From the human T2T-CHM13v2.0 reference genome, Homo sapiens: a stretch of DNA of 64,000 bases. Shown here piece after piece: positions 35,917-53,026 of this stretch. The notes under the pieces are model-generated. The model was not told the origin of the DNA. It worked only from the letters and a program-made list of their open reading frames with translations, and ran no database searches. A program made the translations under genes and the position numbers. Every line of letters starts with the position of its first letter. Within the stretch, counting starts at the first letter, position 1. Location: assembly GCF_009914755.1 (NCBI RefSeq), contig NC_060944.1. One strand, written 5' to 3'.

Positions 35917-36871
35917 CCACCATGTACGGACTTTTTCTATAACACCAATGGTATTTGGGGGCTATTTGTTTTTACTTCCCTTCAAACCCATCCACGTGAG
36001 GACTGCAGTTGAGGTGCACTGCACTTTCTGCACTGCGTTCTGCTCAGAGATGATCTTCTTGGTCTTCGTGAACTTTGCCTCAAGCCACAGATGCTTTTTT
36101 TAAAGTGACTTACCTTTGCTTCACCAACAGAGAGCCCCATTAAGAGAGGCTCTGTGTCCTCTTTCTCTTGTTACTGTGGCCCTGACAGTCACATTAGGTG
36201 GCTGGATTCTGGCTTTTGTGCCCAGAAGAGAGCTTACCAGTTCAGTAATTTTGCAGTCTGTAGGGCATGGTAACCAAACATTTGAGGAGGCTCTGTGAAT
36301 TTAGGGGCCTTTCCTGGAGGAGAGGCAGTTTCGGGGTGGCGTGGTGGACAGGCTTGTTGAATGCACCCTAGTTGATACCCCTTGAGGGACATTATCAAAC
36401 ACCCAACTTACAGATGGAGAAGATGAAGTTCAGACCAGTGGAGAAGCATTTGCCTAAAGTCCAAAGAGGAGTAGGTCACAAATCAGAGGACTGTGGTGAG
36501 GGAAGGGGGCGTTGGAGGGGGGCTGGTGGCCAAGGCTGCTCCTGGACCCTGTATGGTCGTGGGAAAGACACTCCACCCTGGGAATATGGTCAGCTGGACA
36601 CGTTTGGCTGGGAAGCACTTTGAAGCTGGGCAGCATCCAACATGCTGGCCAGTCCCTGGGGCTCCCAAGGCTGGGGACACAGGCCTCCACTCTGACAAGC
36701 TGTTCAGAGCACTCCCCAAGCCTTTGTGTGGGAAGGGACAGCCCAGCAGCAGAGCAACTGGAGTGTAGATGAGAGAGGAAGAACCACATTCCAGAGATTT
36801 TATATTTTATATTGGGGTGTTCCACAAAGAAAGGGCCCTGGGGTCAAAGCAACCTGTCCCAAGGTTTTTCA

Positions 36872-37566
<695 letters not shown>

Positions 37567-37789
37567 CTAATGCTGCCTGTTCTCTTCCACTTGCCCCAAA
37601 AGAGGAGGGGAAATGACTCACCTAAGGACACACAGGAAATATGATGGGATTAGACTTGGACCCAGAGCCTTCTGACCCCAAACCCGCCACTCCATGGGGG
37701 GCTAATTCTGTTGTGGATAAAAAACGAGGGAGGGAAGGAGGTGGCCATAGAGGGGAAGTGGGCAGCCCACAGACCCCCAGAGAAGACAT

Positions 37790-37980
37790 CCTTCATCCAG
37801 CTCTAGCCACTTGTTTCTGGGCAGAAATGTGGGCCCAGTGAGGTCACAGCTTAAAAGTTTTCCAGGAGAGATCAGCAATCTGGATTTTCAGGACATAACC
37901 TCACTTTTAAGGTTGACAACTAATTTGATGAAAATACATGCCACTTGCAGACTGACTGGCCCCAGCCCTCTGGTTTGAGT
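37790..37980 (-). mobile_element. MER102-type element
   Basis: gaaatgtgggcccagtg...aatctggattttc...gttgacaactaattt. Confidence 0.5.
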
Positions 37981-38127
37981 CCTCATCCCCTATCCTACAC
38001 TGCTTAGGATCTAGCAAACCACATTCTCTCTATCTGTAGCTCACACCATCACATTTGAAGAGCCTTAGAGAAAGCCAACAAATTCCAGAAAATGCCTCTT
38101 ACAAAAAGGCTGTTCATGCAGCAATTC

Positions 38128-38408
38128 TATTCATCCATTTGCCCACCCATCCATTCATCCACTCATCTATCCATCCATGCATCCATCCATCCATGCATCT
38201 GTCCATCTTCCCATCCATATACTCACCCATCCATCCATCTATACATACATACATCCAAGCACCCATGCATGCACACATTCATCTGTCTCTGCATCCATCC
38301 ATCCGTGCATCTATCTATCCACCCATCCATACATCTACCACCCATCCATGCAGCAACCCAAAAATCCATCTATTTATTTCTCCATCCATCCATACATCTA
38401 TCCATTCA
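38128..38408 (+). repeat. Degenerate (TCCA)n simple repeat
   Basis: Directly visible; produces His/Pro/Ser/Ile low-complexity ORFs. Confidence 0.92.
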
Positions 38409-39439
38409 TGGAGCACAAAAAACACACCTATCATGTGGTAAGACTGGGAAAACTAAGGCCCAAGTTATGTATGGCACCTTGCTTCAAAAATGAGTGTGCT
38501 GTCTGCCTTGGATGTGATGCTTCCACCTCGTTGTGAGGAGGAAATTGGGAAAGAACATCAGATTCTCCTTTGATTTCAGTCTGACTAGGTTGAATCTCTT
38601 TGGACTTCTGGCTGCCAGTGGCCCACTTAGTACCCAATGCAAGTTTGTTTGTAGCAAGCATTCTGCAGGACTGGGAGAGAAGTCAGAATCCACCCAGTCA
38701 TTCAGCAAATACCCATTGAGATCCTACTAGGTTCCAGGCACCGTGGGAGGGACTGGCCCAGAATGCTGCAGCAGAAAACTAACTGTATGTCCCTGTCCTC
38801 TGTATATTGACAAAATACAAATAATAAGAAAAATCCAATATTCATACAATGAGTACAATAGGTACTAATATTAATTATTGATTAAAACTCATTGTTTCTA
38901 TATTTTGCCATGGAGTTTACTACATTTCTGAATGGTAAGGCTTTGTGTTAGGGGATTTGTTTTATATCTTTGGGTACTCTTTATTAAAGGCATGTTAAAT
39001 CACTTGTGAATTATTTAAGAGCTAGACAAGCTGAGTAAAATCAGCTTGAGATTTTAGTTTTTTAGTCACAGAAAATTCAAGTTCTGTCTACCCATATTTT
39101 TGAAACTCATTCAGTGGTACAGTTTGGAAAAGGACTGTAGTAACTTCCAAGAGAAACCCAGATGTGAATGAAGTCCAGCTTTGAACAAACACTCCAGGCC
39201 AATACCCGACAGGTGATTGGTGACTCTCTTCAACTTCCCAGTTGAAACGGGGCTGGAGTCAGACAGCAACAGACTGAAGGAAATGTAGAGATGGCCTCAT
39301 CCATCCCCAGCCCTGCGTTTTGTAGACAGGAAAACTGGGTTCAAGAGGGAGGTGAGAGAAGCCCAAGTCCCTCCACGTGACCACTGGGAGTCCAAGAACA
39401 GAATTGAGGTTCCTGCCCCCAACTCAGTGCTCCTTCCCC

Positions 39440-40100
39440 TGACATTGCAAATCCATCTCTCTACCTCCAAAACCCACCCTGGGTCCTTCACTTCCCACTG
39501 GCTCCTGGACAAGGCCAGTGTCCCCTCTTCTGAGCAATGGCGCCCCCTGCCTAGCTGGCCTTACTGTTTTCCACACTCGCCCTTCCAACCCATCATCTGT
39601 GCCACAACTGATCTTTTCAGAAACTAATAGATTGCTTTACTCTCCTGATTACAGTCTTTCAATGATCTCCTCTCATTCTTAGGATGAAGACAAAATCCTC
39701 CAAGCTCATCTTTTGCCATTATCCTCTCTCCATGTCGTTCCCCACATGCTGGCTTCAGTTCAGTCCCCTTTTGTGCCTCAAGGTCTTTGATTGAACCATC
39801 CTCCCTGCCTGAAATCCCTTTCAGCCCCCATTGCTGACATATTTGGCTCCTCCTGCTTTCCCAAGGTCAGCTTAAGTGTCTCCTCCCCTGAGAGCCTTCC
39901 TGCATTCTCCCTAAATTTACTTCCTTCATCGCATTGTCAATATTTCTGGTTATGCATTTGCTTCCCTTTTAAATGTTCTGTTTTCTTGTAGCAGAATGTA
40001 AGCCCCATGAGAGCAGGGCTGCACCTCATCTTCCCTGTTCCTTCTGTATTCCAGTACCAGCCCAATGGCCAGCATGCAGCAGGTGCTCAATAAATAAACA
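39440..40100 (+). mobile_element. L2 3' region
   Basis: gaatgtaagccccatgagagcaggg...cagcaggtgctcaataaata. Confidence 0.75.
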
Positions 40101-40834
40101 TCACATTACTAGAGAGGTACATAAATAAACAGCAACTCTTGTGTTTACAGCCAATGGGCATGAAAGAGAAAGACTGGGGTCTAGAGAGAAGGGAGGGGGA
40201 ACACAGCAGGAGAGCTACTTTCGTTTAAGGTGACATCGTTTCGGATGTTTGCTAGTTCAGCGGCCATGAAGGAACGTTCCAGGGCTTGACAACTTCTAAA
40301 TTTCTATGACTCAGTTTCTGGATTTGAAAAAACTTGCCAAATTTCGTACACCGCTTGATGACTCTGGGAGTTTAAGACCCCCTTTCTTAAAGTGAGGAAG
40401 AAAATGGAAAAGGATTAAAGTTCAGAAGAGTTGAGGCTTAGGTGAGGCAGCTCTTTGTACATAGGTGTTTATGTTTCTCTATGGAAATGGGCATTTCTAT
40501 TAAGCAAGACTATGGATTTCCTTAAAGGATATCTTAATGGTTTTTAAAAGGCTGGTTTATTGGAAAAAGCAGAATTGAGTGGAAAAGCATGCTCTTCTCC
40601 CAGATGCAGTTGGTTAGACACTTGAAGCTCAATTCTATAAAATTGAGCCGAGCAGTGCCATTTGGATGCTGCAGCCTTAAGGTCAAGTGCACCAGAGAAA
40701 ATGTGTCAGCCTCACAAACCCAAATAAAAATGGTATAAGGCATGGCTGCCATTGTCCAGTCTACCAACAGGCTCTCAGAGAGTCAGCATTTGAGAAGCTC
40801 CAGCAACAATATTCGAATTCTGTGCTTCTCCTCT

Positions 40835-41030
40835 TTGTCCATAGTGAGCACTTGCTGAGAGCCAAGCATTCTGCATACATTATCTCATCCTCAAAAAATT
40901 ATATTAGCTAGTATTATCATTATCTTTGTTTTGTAGGTAAGGAAACCGAACAAAGGGATTCTCTGTAATTAACCCAAGGTCACACTGCTGATGAGTGGTG
41001 AAGCAGGGTTTAATCCAAATTTGACTGATT
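40835..41030 (-). mobile_element. MIR SINE
   Basis: gagcacttgctgagagccaagcattctg...aacccaaggtcacactgctg. Confidence 0.65.
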
Positions 41031-41239
41031 ACTTAGCCTGGTGCCAGGCTGCCTCTGGCCAGAAGAACTCTTTGCACATCTATGTCCCTGTGATGCCCAG
41101 AGCCTTGTCAATGTATCCAACTCCTTCTTCCCATAGGGTGAGTTCTCTCTTGCCAGACTCCTCACTTCCTGCCAACAAACCATGAGATAGGCTTGGATAA
41201 ATCTGATCTGCATGGAAAGGAAGGATGTAGTGCCATCAA

Positions 41240-43100
<1,861 letters not shown>

Positions 43101-43869
43101 CAAGGGAATTAAATACAGCCGGAATGATCAATACACGTGTCCTAAGATCTAAGGAGAAGAGCTGTAAGTCATAATGTATGTCCTCAGTGTGGTGCTCCCT
43201 CTCCCATGTTCAATACTGAGTGTAAACTTTTTTTCCAATTCCACTCTTGTTTGCTGTACCACAAGGTAACTCAGACAGCCTTGGACCAGGTCCAGACAAC
43301 CAGTAGGATAGGATGAGTGTGCGCTATTGATCAAAGCAAGGAGAAGGTGCCCCCAGCCATCAACAGGAAGCAAACGTCTGGGCCCCACCTCTCCATGTAG
43401 CAAGGGCAAGCATTTTGCAGCAAAAATAGAAACAGTGAAATGAAAAGCAATGCTTTTTAGAAACTTTCTAATTTTACCATGTTTCTTTTCTTTTTTGAGA
43501 CTCATTTTTTTTCCAAAAAATAAGCTGTAAAATGGGCCACTGGACCAAAGGCTGTATCCCTTACAACCCTGACATACAAGGGTTCCATGATCTCCTACTC
43601 TTACACTACTGTCTCTTTGACCCAATAATTGAATGTCCAGCAATCTATCCTTAAAAAACAAAATTAAAGATTAAGATTTGTGTACATGGATGTCTAACAC
43701 TACATTATTAATGATAGCAAAATTTTGGAAAGTATCTCAATATGCAATAAAAAAGATGAGCAAAAAAAATTGTGATATCAATATGATGAAATATTTCTCA
43801 GCCAGTAAAGCTCCCAGATATAGGGATGTTTTAATGACTTTGAAAACCACTCATGTCAATGGCAAACAC

Positions 43870-44100
43870 ACGATAGGTGGTGACAGCAGCCCAACCTGTG
43901 TGCAGGCAATAAAAGGTGCATTTTCTGTAAATAATTTTTTTAATAATAAAACCAACCAAACACAGGCTGCTTTTTATTATTACCATGAGTCAGCAATTCT
44001 AAACAGTGTCATTGACAAAATACTCCTCAAAGCAGGGATATACTGCTTCCACCAACTGTCACCCTGTCTCGGTTCATCACCACACATGGTATCAGACTGA
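43870..44100. mobile_element. MER97-like hAT-Tip100 element
   Basis: gtgcaggcaataaaaggtgcatt...ctgctttttattattaccatg...caattctaaacagtgtcattgacaaaatactcctc. Confidence 0.55.
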
Positions 44101-44159
44101 ATGAAAAAAGCAAGACTCATGTTGCACGTGGAAGCGGGGTGGGTGGAGGGTTGGGGGGT

Positions 44160-46590
44160 CTTGGGAAGATGGCAAGGGTAATGGCAACATAGATTTTTAA
44201 TTTCCCCAAATCCCACAGAGCAACTAGATAGCTGGAACAAGAACCCATGGACAACATTTACAGCAAAACTGTCACAACTTCTGAAAGATATTCCCACAAA
44301 CACCAAAATATAAGCAGGTGAGAAGAAACCATAGGCAACCACAGAGCCAGTTGCCATCAACGTCTGTGAGGGGGAAGCAGAGGGGAGCCACAGGGAGCCC
44401 AAAGGATCTGAGACAGGAGACTCGAAAACCACCAACAGGAGAACGGACAGGCCAATCGAGAGCAGCTGTTTGAGCAGAAAGTGGTTTTGCCCACTCAAGA
44501 GTAAGTGAATGCCAGGGCCTTATGGGCTGAGCTAAAGAGGGTGGAGCAGTCTGGCCCCATGAACTCTTGAAATTAACCTGCTGGGACTCCCTTCCAAGGT
44601 AGGAGCCAGATTGAGGAGAAACTGCAAGGAGCAGAATCAAATTTGACCAGGACAGGAGCAGAAGAGACAAAAGAAAGAGAAAGAAAGTCCATATAAAGTT
44701 GGGGATGGGGAACAGAACCAGGAACTCTCAAAGAAGAAGCCGCCATGATTTTTAACAGAGCATGGAAATAACAGAAAAGGAAGATCTGGGAGCCACACCT
44801 CTTTCTCAAAGATTGGGAAAAATAATCTCATGTAGAAATGAGTAACAAAAAAGCACCAAGATGAAATCCCATGTGGATTATAACACATTGACATAGACTA
44901 ACAAGCAGAATAACATCCCCACAGAAATGAAAGCACGCCAACTCTAACCCTGTGTCAGAATGAGCCAAAAGATAATTTAAAAAGTGATACAGGACAGCAT
45001 AACTAGAATTAGAAAAACTCAGAGATGGCAGGAGAATGGCGTGAACCCGGGAGGCGGAGCTTGCAGTGAGCTGAGATCGCACCACTGCACTCCAGCCTGG
45101 GTGACAGAGCGAGACTCCGTCTCAAAAAAGAAAAAGAAAGAAAAGAAAAGAAAGGAAAGGAAAAGAAAAGAAAAGAAAAGAAAGAAAAGGAAAGAAAGGA
45201 AGAAAGAAAGAAAGAGAAAGAAAGAGTCAGAGATGAAGTGATAGAACTTAGGGAAAAAATTGTAATTAAGGAAAATAATTATTACAGAAATAAAAACTAA
45301 ACTAGAAAGAAAACATGAGCAAATAAACACAGGAAATGAAAGAAAAGGTGAAAAAAAATTACTCAGAAAGAAAGAATTTCCAGTCAAGATTTTGTAAAGA
45401 AATGAAAACAACGTCTGATGTGAAAAATATACTAGATGAAATTAACAGACTAGATGCTGCAAAAAAAAAAAAAAAAAAGTTACTGAACTTGAAGCCATAG
45501 TAATGAGAAATAACCAAAGTGAAAAGAGAGGAGAAAACAGCAAAAACAGGAGATGAAAAGGATTTCAGAAGCTGTGACAAATATTGAAGATGGACAAAGA
45601 CGATCTGATGGACAGATCATAGGAGTCCCTGAGGAAGACCACCAAAACCAGGAAACAGGAGCAATACTAAAAAACAGTAATTCAAGAAAACTTTGCTGAA
45701 TGCAAGGATATTTCAATCTACATATTAAAAGAGTGATGGGACTGTTTTGTGTGTGGGGGTGGCTATATGACAATGTCAAACTGATAGAACTTTACAATAT
45801 AGAGAATGACTTTCCCTGTATATAAACTATACCTTAATTTTTAAACATGATTTTGAAATTTACATACTGCAAGAGTACACAATGTAGTTACCTGAAAATA
45901 TGGACCTAGATAGAAGGACCATCATCGAGTCCTATTCTAAAGTAAAATTACTCAGTTAAAAAAATCCACTGGACATTTAGGCAAAAGCAATAAGTGACTC
46001 ATAAGGGAAAAGAATATTAGATTATCATCACATTTTTTGACAACAAGATTTTATGGCAGAAGACAATGGAGTAATATTTTTAAGATATTCAAAAGAAGAA
46101 AACATGAATGAGAGATTTTAAATTCCAGCAACGGAAATTTTTGTATAAAGGGCGCAAACTTTTTTACATGTTAGCAACATGCAAGAACTCAAGGAATATT
46201 GTTCCTATGAGTTCTTCTCAATGAATCTACTCAAGAATGGGATCCAGGCAACCAAAATGACTGAGGAAACGTTGACAGAAAGATTGATGATGAGCATTAA
46301 ATATTTGCTTACTTTTAAACGAATAGTAAAAAAGGGCTAAAAGAAGAGAATATAGCATACTGTGGTTATATCTGCTCAGCCAATGTGGATATAGTACATT
46401 TATACACAGGTGTGGGACGATATATGCAAAGAAATGTTAAAGTGTCTTCAGTAATTATATTGATGATGTTAGTATTCTGAGACTGTTGTGGGTGTTATAT
46501 GAAAAACAAAAAGAATAACTGTGGGATATTCTGATTCTATCATTACCTGTGCCCGTGAATATGAAGATACTCATTTTAAAAATTTTTGTC
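44160..46590 (+). mobile_element. HAL1 or old L1 5'UTR plus ORF1 relic
   Basis: ORF1-like remnants QIIGVPEE...IQENFAE (~45610-45700) and IRLSS..F..RRQWSNIFKI (~46015-46090); no ORF2 follows. Confidence 0.65.
45027..45218 (+). mobile_element. Heavily 5'-truncated AluY with GA-expanded tail
   Basis: gagaatggcgtgaacccgggaggcggagcttgcagtgagc; TSD agaaa(a/g)a(c/g)tcagagatg at 45011 and 45219. Confidence 0.9.
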
Positions 46591-46599
46591 CTAAATTTG

Positions 46600-48130
<1,531 letters not shown>

Positions 48131-48205
48131 GCTACATACACAGAATTATCTTAATGGTACTGAAAATACATACATTGAATGAATAAAAGACAATATGCTA
48201 CAATA

Positions 48206-48501
48206 GGCCAGGTGCTGTGGCTCACGTCTGTAATCCCAACACTTTGGAACGTTGAGGCGAGTGGATGTCTTGAGCTCAGGAGTTTGAAACCAGCCTGGGC
48301 AACATGGCGAAACCCTGTCTCTACAAAAAATACAAAAATTAGCCGGACTTGGGTGGCGTGTGCCTGAAGTCCCAACTACTTAGGGACTGAGGTGGGAGAA
48401 TGGTTTGTGCCCAGGAGGTCGAGGCTGCAGTGAGCTGTGATGATGCCACTGCACTCAGCCTGAGCAACAAAGCAAGACCCTGTCTCAAAAAAAAAAAAAA
48501 A
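48206..48501 (+). mobile_element. AluJ
   Basis: cttgagctcaggagtttg, aggtcgaggctgcagtgagc, poly(A). Confidence 0.92.
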
Positions 48502-49409
48502 TGCTGAAAACAGTGACTGTAGTCATCTCTGGGGAAAAGGATTCTGAATGACTTTCACTTTCTCCTTTGTGTCTTTCCATATTTTCCACTGTGGTATTTC
48601 TAATAGGAAAAAAAGAAGTATGTCTATTTTTTACTTGTTTAATCTTAAAGCTTTTAATTGGATGTCCCAGAAGAGAAAGATGTCTACATTTGGATTTTTC
48701 TGTCTTATTAACCACTATATTCCCAGAACCTAAAACAGTGACTGGAATACAAAGGGCATCCATATGTACCTATCGAATAAAGCAGCCGGCATGTGTATCC
48801 AGAACATTCCAACATTCCACAAGGGGAGAAATAATTGGCATTTTTTGCCTCAGTTTCTTTCACAAAGCAATAGACTCATTCATTAAACCTCATCATCCCC
48901 TTCCCACCTGTTGGCCTAAGGCCCCTGGGCTGCATCCTCATGGCCCCTGTAAGTGGGCAGAGACATTGCTGGGTATACCCCACTGGTGTTTCATCACCAT
49001 GGAGCCTGCTGGTCTGGGGAGAAATACAGAGGCTGCAACCTGCTCTCCTACCTGAGAGTCCTGGGACATGCCCCTCAAATTACGACAACCACCCACCAGC
49101 CCCTGAAGTGAGTTGGAACAGAACGCCACCCAGCTTGTCACAGGTAGTATAGGATTTGGAGATAGAGCAGTGTTGGATTCACAAAAACAGGATCCTCCTA
49201 AACACCCCTCCCTTTAACAAAAACAAAAAAGTGCTATTTACCAGTAGCAGGTGTGTTGAGGCAGAAAAAATCATGAGCAACAATACAGGATGTCAGTACA
49301 GGAAATGCAGGGAAGACTGTTCTCAGAGCACCAAAATAGACTCGAGGACATGGAGCACGAGGAGAAACTGGGGTCTGGGGGGCAACACCAAACACCGGGC
49401 ACAGGGAGT

Positions 49410-50000
49410 CAGCCCACCCCTTTGGCCACGGTTTCTTCAGCTGCCAAATGGGTGTGAGCTGCTGCACAGGGGCTGGGAGGATCCAGTGAGGCAGTGCTCA
49501 AAGATGGCCTTGGAGGCCTTGGGAGGAAAGTACCCCCTGGGCTCTGCCTGCCCACGCTTGGATCCCTAGAGGCTGGCTTGGGGCATGGCACACCGCAGGT
49601 GCTCAATGACAAGTGTCTTTAACCCCTGCTGGCTTCCCGTTCTCTCTGACAGCCAAAGTCCTCATCATGGCTCTCAGGCCCTGCACCCCCACGCTCCCCA
49701 TCATGTCACCTCTCTGACCTCACCTCCTCCATGCTCTCCCACTCACCCCACTCCTGCCCCTCAGCCCCCTTGCTGATCCTCAAACACACCACACTTTCTC
49801 CTACCCCAGGGCCTTTGCACCTGCAGACTCTCCTGCCCCGAACAATCTCTCCCCAGGGTCCTCATGGCTTGTCCTCATCTACTGCCTTCAGGACCAAGTT
49901 CAAGGGTCCCTTCCTCAGTTAAACCACACCGACCACCATCCTTGACCACCCTCCTCCACCCCAACACTTCTTCCTACCAATGCTTCTTCCTGGCACCTGG
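49410..50000 (+). mobile_element. MIR and L2 fragments
   Basis: ccacggtttcttcagctgccaaatggg; ccccagggcctttgcacctgc. Confidence 0.5.
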
Positions 50001-51329
50001 CACTTCCTGGCACCTGGCACAGGTCTTGATTCCACTGGCACGTGGGAGGTGCCCTTCCATATTTGTTTCATATGCCAACGTGAACCCATGCATTCATGAC
50101 ACTTATTATCACATCGTTACTACTCAGCTCTTGGTTTTCGTTAGTGCATTTCATCTTCACTTCAACACCTCGGCCAGCAAAAGGGGCTGCGGACGCTCAA
50201 GACTGGGCCGGCTCCCTGGCATCATTCACCTGGTAGCTCACAGCCAGAATCCGAACTGTGGATTCAGGTTGGAATTGTGTGAGCAACACCTTGAGGCCAC
50301 ACAAGCAGTCAGTGAGCCAGGGAAAAGATGGAAGCCTCCTCTGTGCTGATAAATTATTATTTGCATTGTTCTCCGAAGTGGTGAATTTCCTCTTCCTTGG
50401 CCAGCTTCATCTGAAGTTCCCAGCTCCCAAGAAGTGTCTGAAGACTTGAGAGATTTTTCCCTGTGAAAGCCCACCCTTTGAGGGTCTCAGGCAGCCCAGT
50501 GTTATCCAGATTTTAAAAAAACAGAATCTCTTTCCAGCACCCCTGAAATCCCGCCTCACCCTCTGCCAGGGGGTTGTTGAGTGAACAGTTAATTGAGTTC
50601 AGTCCTGTTGCCTTCTGCGTGGCCCCTCTCTCATTTTTTTCCAGCTTGTTGAGCTATTAGGATGTTGACCAGCTGCCACTGCCAGAGCTTCAGTTAGAAA
50701 GTTGGCAGCCTCTGGTCTTGAACCCTGAACAAAGAGGACGGACCCAGGGAGGGCCTGGGAAGAGGACAGCAGGGCTGTGGGATGCCTGACCATCGGCTCT
50801 AAAATCCCCCTTTGTCTCATAAACCCTGCCCTTGGACTGCGGGAAGTTCACGGCCCTTCCAGAAGCGAGTGTCACAGCCAGCTATTAAAGACATGTTTCT
50901 GTGAGAATGGCCAGGGCTTGGCTCCCGGGGGAGTGTGGGCCGCACAGGGGCTTCTGCAAAGAAAGGCCATTGTCAGGAGAGAGCAGAGAGCAGCCACCAC
51001 CAACGCCGAGCCCTCGGGTGCGGAAGTGATTATCTGGGCACAGAAGAGCTGGCAGATCCCGACGCCAGCGTGGGCTGGCCGTGTCCAGCCCCCGAGGCAC
51101 AAACAAGGACATCAAGGAGGTCCCCCAGACAGCCCGGCCCTGAACGGAGCCAAGAGCAGCCACAGAATAATCGCTGCCATTTATGACGCACATGGTGTGC
51201 CAGGCCAGGACATGCGTGACCATTTAGTCTTCCCAAAACTCCTGCACAGAAGAGGCGGTGATGCCCGAGTGAGGCGAGTGACCTTCCCTGGAACTGAGGC
51301 CAGGCGGCCAGTGAGAAGGGAGGCAGGAC

Positions 51330-51880
51330 ATGCCCACACTCACCTAGAAGATCCTAACCCCGCCTCTGCCCTTGTTTCTTCCAATCCACACACCACCCTG
51401 CAGTCAGAGGCGCCTTCCTAAAACTCAAATCTGATCATGCCCCTGCCAGGCTTAGTATCCTTCCGTGGCTCCCCAGTGCTCTGGGGGAGAAAGTACAGTT
51501 TCCTTGATGTGGCTTCCAAAGGATCTTATCACCCACCCTCACCTGCCTTAGCAGCCTGATGTTCAACCACGCCCCAGTGATTCTCATTCCTTCACGTTCT
51601 CTCCCTCTCCCTCCCTCTCTCCCTCGCCTCTGGTCCTTCCAGCATCCTAGTCTCTATTGCTTCCATCTTTCTCCTAGCACTTATCAGACCATGCCGTAAG
51701 TCCTCTGTGACGTGTTGGTATCCCTACACACCCCCACCCCCCACCCCACACACACACATGCACACACTAGATTCTAAATCCCACAGGGAGAGCAGGGACC
51801 ACATCTTTCATGTCCACCACTCCTTCCTGAGAGGCCTGCACGGAGCCAATAGCAGGTACCTGAGGCATGTGTGCTGATGC
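51330..51880 (+). mobile_element. L2 fragment
   Basis: ttcctaaaactcaaatctgatcatgcc...agggagagcagggaccacatc. Confidence 0.6.
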
Positions 51881-52334
51881 GGCAGTGACGGGGGCTGCTT
51901 CTGAAGTTCCCGTTCTTTCCTCAACACCTCACTGCCTTCACTTGATAACTCGCTGCACTGAGGGCTTAACTTTTTCCATCTAAACTTGCAGCTCTGTGAC
52001 TATTTGGAAGTTAAATGGAGAGCGGGCTTGGATAGTTGAGGCTGACTTTGGGGAAGGTGATGGGGTAACGAGGTCACCACCTGCTCCCTGGCTGTGGGAA
52101 GAGTTAATCATTATTTCACGTCTTGTGCTTTGCAAGGGAAGCAAAGCCCTCAGCCCAGTGGGCATTGTTTGGCCTGCTCCATCCTCCTTCTGCCGGGCTA
52201 AGACCTGTGACATCAGCTGCTACGGGGGTTGAAGGAGATTCTGCATTCCAAGGCCCTTCGACTCAGCATTCTTTTCTGCCAGGTTAACCCACTGACCCAG
52301 CACTGGCCTTGTCCCCACGGACCTGTGATGCTGC

Positions 52335-52510
52335 AGGGTTCTCAGCCTGGGCAGGCATAAGAATCACCAGCCTGGGGAGACCCTTGAGAATGCAGACTTT
52401 GGGGCCTTGCCCCTACTATTGAGACTCAGAGGCCTCGAGTGGGACCTAGGAATCTGTGTGTGTTCCAAGCCTTTCATGGGACTCTCAGCATACTGTGAAA
52501 AACACTAGCC
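52335..52510. mobile_element. MER5A/B-type MITE
   Basis: cagggttctcagcctggg...agaatcacc...aatgcagact...ctaggaatctgtg...gaaaaacact. Confidence 0.6.
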
Positions 52511-53026
52511 AGGGTAGCTGGGATGCTCCTGTTCAATATCATGACGTATCTAACATTTCCTTGAAGTCAAAAGCATCTTTCAACATGTGAAGAGCCATAT
52601 TAATAAAAATTACTGCCAGCAGTGTACCAGACATGGTTATTATTCATCTCATTTTTGAGAAAAACCCAACAAGGTGATCATTGTCTCCATCTCCCAGGTT
52701 CCTTACCTGGGATCACATGGCATGCAAACACCAGACCTTGGATTTCAGCCCAGGTGTCACCCACCAAGGAAATTATTGGAGGAGCTCCTCAGTGGGCTCA
52801 TGGCTTCCTATGAGTCTAGAATAAGGACCAAGCCAGAACGGACAATCAGGAATGAGACTGGTAGATTCTTCTAGGCTCAGACAAACATTAAATGGGGGAG
52901 CAGAAGAGGGAGTGTGGACATAAGCCATGCTGGCAGTGGGCAGGTGCCAGCTCCCTGTCTCAGTTCCCTTGTCTGTAAAATAGAAATTGAATCCCAACTC
53001 CACAGGGTTGTTTGAGGGTTGCACCA

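Noticed and set aside
34437-36103. Dense pile of overlapping ORFs
   Set aside because: All lie within the GC-rich MER52 LTR
38055-38536. His/Pro/Ser/Ile-rich ORFs
   Set aside because: Translation of the (TCCA)n simple repeat
44984-45411. Lys/Arg-rich and Phe/Leu-rich ORFs
   Set aside because: Translation of the Alu GA-rich tail
50777-51421. Longest ORF in the track (214 aa)
   Set aside because: GTG start, no recognisable domain, and the 3' part lies in MIR/L2-derived DNA; expected by chance in GC-rich sequence
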